Assembly (NCBI GenBank): GCA_046597055.1 | Contig: JBKJLC010000032.1 | Location: 1-28,315, forward strand | DNA length: 28,315 bases | Origin: Kofleriaceae bacterium | GTDB taxonomy: Bacteria > Myxococcota_A > Polyangia > Haliangiales > Haliangiaceae | Direction of reading: 5' to 3' | In this document: positions 20,347 through 28,315 of the stretch, piece after piece | Position numbering within the stretch: position 1 is the first letter of the stretch | How the letters are laid out: the number at the start of each line of letters is the position of its first letter | Notes under the pieces: generated by a model | What the model was told of the DNA's origin: nothing | Database searches by the model: none | The model's input: only the letters and a program-made list of their open reading frames with translations | Program-made: the position numbers and the translations under genes

Positions 20347-20381
20347 CGAGGGCGGCGACGAGCCGTCCTCGTTTTCATTTT
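20347..20381 (+). terminator. Intrinsic terminator
   Basis: CGAGGGCGGC-gacga-GCCGTCCTCG stem (one G-U pair) followed by TTTTCATTTT. Confidence 0.75.
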
Positions 20382-20422
20382 CGGCTCCGGCCGCGGCCGG
20401 TCGAGCCGCGGTTCACCGCCGG

Positions 20423-21832
<1,410 letters not shown>

Positions 21833-21834
21833 GA

Positions 21835-23466
<1,632 letters not shown>

Positions 23467-23472
23467 GTACCA

Positions 23473-23519
23473 GGCAATTTACTGCTTGTCATCAGCCTTA
23501 ATACTGCACTATAATGCAG
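23473..23519. promoter_or_regulatory. Divergent boxC/boxR promoter with BzdR/BoxR-type TGCA-N6-TGCA operator(s)
   Basis: TTGTCA (23486-23491)-N18-TATAAT (23510-23515), 6 nt before the boxR ATG. Palindrome CTGCA-ctataa-TGCAG at 23504-23519; degenerate GGCA-N6-TGCT at 23473-23486. Confidence 0.75.
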
Positions 23520-23521
23520 CC

Positions 23522-24256
23522 ATGTCGACGAGCTACCTCTCGACGGTCGGCGGTGCGGTCCGGTCGCATCGCGAGCGCCGGGGCTGGTCGCGTCGTGAGC
23601 TCGCCCTCCACAGCGGCGTCTCCGAGCGGTTCCTCGCGCAGCTCGAGACCGGTGCCGGCAACATCTCGCTGATGCGGTTCGCGGAGGTGGCGCACGCGCT
23701 CGGCACCACACCGTCGGTCCTGCTCGCCGTCGCGGACTCGCCCGGTACCGACAAGCCGATCGCACTGCTCGGCGTGCGAGGCGCCGGTAAATCGGCCGTC
23801 GGTGAAGCGCTCGCGCGGAAGCTGGGCGTTGCGTTCGTCGAGCTGGATCAGCAGATCGAGGAGGCTGCCGGGCTGCCGCTCGGCGAGGTCTTCGCGCTCC
23901 ACGGCGAGGCGTATTACCGGCGGATCGAGCGCGAGGTGCTGACTCGCGTGCTCGCGACCCCGACGCCGATGGTGCTCGCCACGGGCGGCTCGATCGTCAA
24001 CGACCCGACGAACTTCGCCGTGCTCCGCTCGCGGTGCCGCACCGTGTGGCTGCGCGCCACCGCCGAGGATCACTGGAACCGCGTCGTCGCGCAGGGCGAC
24101 CAGCGACCGATGGCCGAGAACCCACACGCGTTCGCCGAGCTCCGCGCGCTGATGACCGCACGCGAGAAGCTGTATGCGCGGGCCGAGCACACCGTTGACA
24201 CCGCTGCTCGCCGCGTTCCGCAGGTCGTCTCGGCGATCGCCGAGATGGTCGCGTAA
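23522..24256 (+). CDS. boxR: BzdR/BoxR-family regulator (XRE HTH plus shikimate-kinase-like domain)
   Basis: SRRELALHSGVSERFLAQLETGAGNIS HTH; IALLGVRGAGKS P-loop, LATGGSIV, RVVAQGDQRPM; divergent from boxC. Confidence 0.9.
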   Translation: MSTSYLSTVGGAVRSHRERRGWSRRELALHSGVSERFLAQLETGAGNISLMRFAEVAHALGTTPSVLLAVADSPGTDKPIALLGVRGAGKSAVGEALARKLGVAFVELDQQIEEAAGLPLGEVFALHGEAYYRRIEREVLTRVLATPTPMVLATGGSIVNDPTNFAVLRSRCRTVWLRATAEDHWNRVVAQGDQRPMAENPHAFAELRALMTAREKLYARAEHTVDTAARRVPQVVSAIAEMVA

Positions 24257-24319
24257 CTCCGATGCGCAGCTCGAGCGCGGCATCCATCAGATCGATTTCT
24301 AGACTACACTTGAGGTGGA

Positions 24320-26905
24320 ATGCAGCCGGGGACGCTCGTAGCGGGGAAGTACCGCGTCGAGCGCGTCATCGGACGCGGAGGAATGGGCATCGTCGTCGAG
24401 GCGACGCACCTCACGCTCGCAACCAAGGTCGCGCTCAAGTTCCTCAACGAAGAGGCGGCGAGCGACGCCAACGCCCTCGCCCGGTTCACCCGCGAAGCGC
24501 GCGCGTCGGCGCAACTCAAAGGGGAGCACATCTGTCGCGTCATCGATTTCGGGGTCGAGGACAAGGTCCCCTACATCGTGATGGAGCTGCTCAAGGGTAC
24601 CGATCTCGCGAAGCTGACCAAGGTCCGGACCATCGATATCCCCACCGCCGCGCTCTACGTTCAACAGGCATGTATCGGGCTCGCCGAGGCGCACGCCGCC
24701 AAGATTATCCATCGTGATCTGAAACCAGGAAACCTGTTCCTCACGCGCCGCGCCGATGGCAGCCCGCTGATCAAGGTCCTCGACTTCGGTGTTGCGAAGG
24801 CGGAAGTGGGAGAGAACGAGGTCGGCCTGACCGGCACCTCGAACGTCGTCGGGTCTCCCGGGTTCATGTCGCCTGAACAATTTCGGTCGAGCAAGACCGT
24901 CGATGGGCGCGCGGACATCTGGGCGCTCGGGGTCGTCCTGTACAAGCTCATCTCGGGGCGCTTGCCGTTCAAGCCCGACGTGTTCGCAGAGTTCGTCCTC
25001 GCGATCTCGCGCGAGCAGCCTCCCCCGCTATCAGAAGCCCCGCCCGCCTTCCAGGCGATCGTGATGCGCTGCCTCGCGAAGGATCCGGCGCAGCGCTATC
25101 GCGATGTGACCGCGCTCGGCATCGACCTGGCCCCGTTCGCCGCACTGGCCCGCAAGTCGACACGCATGTACGACGACGACGGGCCGTCGGAGAACCCGAC
25201 GATCAAGAGGGCGCCCGCAGCGAGACCAACGCCTCCGCCCGCGAAAACTCTGATGGGAATGCTCCCGAACACGGACGACGTGCCGCCGAGCGCCGCCGAG
25301 CCACTCGAGTCTCGTCCCACCGTGCCCGGAACCGCCGTGGGAGTCGCGGTCCCGAGCACTCCGACGGGAGATCTCGTGTCGGGCACCGTCGTCGGTGAAT
25401 ACCGGATCGAAAAGAAGATCGGTCAGGGCGGCATGGGCGTCGTCTATAGCGCCGTGCACCCGCTGATCGGAAAGAAGGCGGCGATCAAGGTCATCGGCGC
25501 CGACGTCGGCACCGATCCGGTCGTCGTGCAGCGGTTCGTCCAGGAAGCACGTTCCATCAACCAGATCGGCCATCCCAACATCGTCGACGTCTTCGCGTTC
25601 GGCCAGCTCCCCGACGGTCGCAACTACTTCGTCATGGAGCACCTGCAGGGCGAGAGCCTGCGCGGGCGCCTCACCCGAGCATTTATCCCGCTTTCCGAGG
25701 GGATCCAGATCCTCGACGAGATCGCGGGCGCGCTCGAGGCCGCCCACGAGCAGCAGATCGTCCATCGCGATCTCAAGCCCGACAACGTGTTTCTGTCGTC
25801 GGTGCGCGGCGGCATGATCATCGTCAAGCTCCTCGACTTCGGCATCGCCAAGCTCGTTGACGGACGAGGCATTGGAGTCGGCAAGACCAACACGGGCGAG
25901 CTGATGGGTACACCCGCGTACCTGTCTCCCGAGCAAGCGCGCGGCCGGAACGTCGACTACCGCACCGACATCTATGCCCTCGGTTGCATGATGTTCGAGG
26001 TGGTGACCGGCCAGATGCCGTTCATGGCCGAGAGCGCGATGGATATCGTGCTGATGCACCTCTCGATGGCGCCGCGCCGACCGAGCGAGCTCGTGCCGAA
26101 CATCCCGCCCGCGCTCGAACAGCTCATCCTGCAGATGCTCGACAAGGAGCCAGCGAACCGGCCATCGCTGGCCCAGGTGCGTGACGTATTCGCCGAGCTG
26201 TTCGCCTCCGGGATCGTGCAGCTCGAGCCCGGCACCGGCGCGACGTTTCGCTCGGGGCTCGCCCGCGGACGTCGCGAGTCCGAGCTCCGCACTCCCCAAT
26301 CGAGCACCCGCAATCAGCTCTTGACGCCGCTGATCCTGCCCCCGCTTTCGATCGACCACGAGCCCGGGTCGCCACCGACGCCGCCCAAGAAGTCGCGACA
26401 CGGGCTCTGGATCGCATTTGTGGTCGCGGCGCTCTGTGTTCCGATCACCACGACGATCATCGCGGTCACGAGGAAGAAACACGGGACCGCGATCGCGATC
26501 GCGACGGCCCCACCGTCGCCGGATGCCGCGGCCGCGACCGGCTCGGCATCGCCGTTGTCGGAGGCCGCGACCGCGACCGCGACCGGCTCCGCCGTGGTGG
26601 CCACCACCCGCGACGTGCAGGTCCGCGTCAACGTACCGACCGCGCGTATCTCGGTCGACGGTGCGGAAATCACGTTCTCTAACGGTGCCGCGACGGTCGC
26701 GCTCGCCGACGGCTCGCACACGATTGCAGTCAGCTCTCCCGGGCGCGTCCCGCTGACGACCCAGGTCGAGGTCTCGGCAACCACGACCAGGTTCGAGCTC
26801 GCGCTCGTGAAGGCGAAGCCGACGACGACGTCCAAGGACAAGCCGCCCAAGGACAAGCCCAAGACGGAACCGCCCAAGGGCGACTACACGATCAATCCGT
26901 TCTGA
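24320..26905 (+). CDS. Membrane Ser/Thr kinase with two tandem kinase domains, a TM helix and a PEGA-like C-terminus
   Basis: Domain 1: GRGGMG, VALK, HRDLKPGN, DFG, SPE. Domain 2: GQGGMG, AAIK, HRDLKPDN, DFG, SPE. TM segment LWIAFVVAALCVPITTTIIAV. Confidence 0.93.
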   Translation: MQPGTLVAGKYRVERVIGRGGMGIVVEATHLTLATKVALKFLNEEAASDANALARFTREARASAQLKGEHICRVIDFGVEDKVPYIVMELLKGTDLAKLTKVRTIDIPTAALYVQQACIGLAEAHAAKIIHRDLKPGNLFLTRRADGSPLIKVLDFGVAKAEVGENEVGLTGTSNVVGSPGFMSPEQFRSSKTVDGRADIWALGVVLYKLISGRLPFKPDVFAEFVLAISREQPPPLSEAPPAFQAIVMRCLAKDPAQRYRDVTALGIDLAPFAALARKSTRMYDDDGPSENPTIKRAPAARPTPPPAKTLMGMLPNTDDVPPSAAEPLESRPTVPGTAVGVAVPSTPTGDLVSGTVVGEYRIEKKIGQGGMGVVYSAVHPLIGKKAAIKVIGADVGTDPVVVQRFVQEARSINQIGHPNIVDVFAFGQLPDGRNYFVMEHLQGESLRGRLTRAFIPLSEGIQILDEIAGALEAAHEQQIVHRDLKPDNVFLSSVRGGMIIVKLLDFGIAKLVDGRGIGVGKTNTGELMGTPAYLSPEQARGRNVDYRTDIYALGCMMFEVVTGQMPFMAESAMDIVLMHLSMAPRRPSELVPNIPPALEQLILQMLDKEPANRPSLAQVRDVFAELFASGIVQLEPGTGATFRSGLARGRRESELRTPQSSTRNQLLTPLILPPLSIDHEPGSPPTPPKKSRHGLWIAFVVAALCVPITTTIIAVTRKKHGTAIAIATAPPSPDAAAATGSASPLSEAATATATGSAVVATTRDVQVRVNVPTARISVDGAEITFSNGAATVALADGSHTIAVSSPGRVPLTTQVEVSATTTRFELALVKAKPTTTSKDKPPKDKPKTEPPKGDYTINPF

Positions 26906-26908
26906 CGA

Positions 26909-27784
26909 TCAGAACGACCAGCCGACCGAGACCGAGGTACCACCCTTGGTGGGGACGATCGCAACGCTCGTGCTGCTCTCCTTCGACCGGCCGAGGAAGT
27001 ACAGCGCACCGCCGGTCGCGACCGCGGCGCCACCGACGACGAGCGAGATGATCGCGATCTTGTTGTTACGATCGCCGGAGTCGTACGTGTCCTGACTCTC
27101 CTGCGTCCACGTTCCGCCCATGTTGAGTGCGTTGAGATCGCCCTCCGCAGAGCTCGCCATCCGACCGAAAATGATCCCGGTGATCACCAGCGCACCTCCG
27201 ACGGCCGCGGTCGCGAGGCCTGCCATCTTCATCGTCGCTCCCGGATGCTCGACCGGCGAGGTGCCGGTGTCGACCTGGTCGACCTGGCTGCTCTGATCGA
27301 CCTGGCCGGTGACCGGCGGCGCCGTCGGCGTGACCTGCGGCGTCGTCGGTGGCGGCTTGTTGCCGACATCGCCGTCGGGGTTCACCGTGCCCACCGGAGG
27401 GCTAGTGCCTACCTTCTTTTGATCCTCGAGCAGCGTCTTCATCTCGCCGATCCGCGCCTCGACGTCGGCACGGTTCGGCGCGTCGGGCTTGAGCCGGAGG
27501 TACGTCGTGTAGAAGTAGCTCGCCTGCTCGTAGTCCTTCTTGAGCCGGAACGCCTGCGCGATGTTGAACAGCAACCCGGGCGCCGACGAGATTCCATACG
27601 CCTGGCGAAACGCGGCGATCGCCGGATCGAACTCACCGAGGTTGTAGTGGTTGATGCCCTTCTCGTAGAGGGCCTTCGCTTCAGCCTTCTTCTGCTCGTC
27701 TGTAGGCGACGCATCGGGCTTGGGTTGTGCGCCAGCAGTCGTCGACGCTAGTAGCACCGCTGCGAGCATGAGGGGCTTGATCAT
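26909..27784 (-). CDS. Exported TPR protein with a Pro/Thr linker and a hydrophobic C-terminal region ending VSVGWSF
   Basis: Signal peptide MIKPLMLAAVLLASTTAGA; TPR helices AKALYEKGINHYNLGEF...LLFNIAQAFR...YEQA. Confidence 0.87.
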   Translation of the reverse strand: MIKPLMLAAVLLASTTAGAQPKPDASPTDEQKKAEAKALYEKGINHYNLGEFDPAIAAFRQAYGISSAPGLLFNIAQAFRLKKDYEQASYFYTTYLRLKPDAPNRADVEARIGEMKTLLEDQKKVGTSPPVGTVNPDGDVGNKPPPTTPQVTPTAPPVTGQVDQSSQVDQVDTGTSPVEHPGATMKMAGLATAAVGGALVITGIIFGRMASSAEGDLNALNMGGTWTQESQDTYDSGDRNNKIAIISLVVGGAAVATGGALYFLGRSKESSTSVAIVPTKGGTSVSVGWSF

Positions 27785-27791
27785 GAAGTTC

Positions 27792-28315
27792 CTAGTTCGC
27801 AAACGGATCCACGGTGTAGTTCTTGTCGTCGATCTTTGGCTTGGTCGCGCCCGAGCCGGTGCCCCGCGGCGGCTTCTTGCCGCCCTTCCCGAGAGGCGGC
27901 TTCTTCGTGACCTTCGATCGCTCGAGGGTGGCAACCAGCTTCACGGTGGCTCCACCGCTGACCTCGACTTGCTGCTCGAACGGATCGCGCCCGGCCGCGG
28001 TGATCGCGACCTGGTGGCTGCCGTCCTTGTCGACCGGAATCTTCGCGGTACGGCCCGTGATCTGCACCGGCCTGCCGTCGACGGTGACCTGCGCGTTGTC
28101 GACGTTGACGGCGAGCTCGATCATGCCCGGCTCGTTCGCTGCCGCCGGGACGGCGACGGCGACCTTCGGCGTCTCGACCTTCGGCGTCTCGACCTTCGAT
28201 GATTCTGGCGTCACCGCAGCGACCGAGTCTGGTTTCTTGTCGCCGCCCCCCCGTGTGGCCGCGACCACCGCAACAATTCCGCCGATGACCAGGACACCCG
28301 CGAGCAATCCGAACA
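27792..28315 (-). CDS. 3' portion of a TM + PEGA protein, probably a Ser/Thr kinase, truncated by the window edge
   Basis: TM LAGVLVIGGIVAVVAA, PEGA-like AQVTVDG...GSHQVAITAAG, Lys/Pro-rich tail ending NYTVDPFAN. A kinase domain is not visible in the window. Confidence 0.75.
   Translation of the reverse strand, partial: FGLLAGVLVIGGIVAVVAATRGGGDKKPDSVAAVTPESSKVETPKVETPKVAVAVPAAANEPGMIELAVNVDNAQVTVDGRPVQITGRTAKIPVDKDGSHQVAITAAGRDPFEQQVEVSGGATVKLVATLERSKVTKKPPLGKGGKKPPRGTGSGATKPKIDDKNYTVDPFAN

Noticed and set aside
23522..24256. Shikimate kinase aroK
   Set aside because: The N-terminal XRE HTH and the position divergent from boxC identify a BzdR/BoxR regulator.

Overview
GC-rich bacterial DNA. 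The Ser/Thr kinase-PEGA-TPR gene content suggests Myxococcota, possibly Kofleriaceae/Haliangiales-like (inference). Left to right: an HUH/Y1 (RAYT-like) transposase with a sigma54-type promoter and 13-nt REP-like repeats; an ethylmalonyl-CoA mutase (ecm/meaA)-meaB pair; a TSUP transporter between two mosaic arrays of the same repeat family; a group II PLP decarboxylase; an orphan 57-aa RiPP-like precursor; a PEGA/lipoprotein/hypothetical operon divergent from a Ser/Thr kinase; an exonuclease-mpg-2Fe-2S ferredoxin operon; a secreted DUF2271-like/FN3/CFI-box-CTERM protein with a flavinylation motif; an MHS-type MFS transporter; a small lipoprotein; a boxR-boxC-boxB benzoyl-CoA epoxidase cluster with no adjacent boxA; a tandem double-kinase; a TPR protein; and the 3' end of another probable kinase. 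The most notable observations are the transposase plus its dispersed repeat arrays bracketing metabolic genes, the orphan RiPP precursor, the DUF2271-type surface protein, and many apparently leaderless genes. All calls come from motif reading only; no database searches were run.
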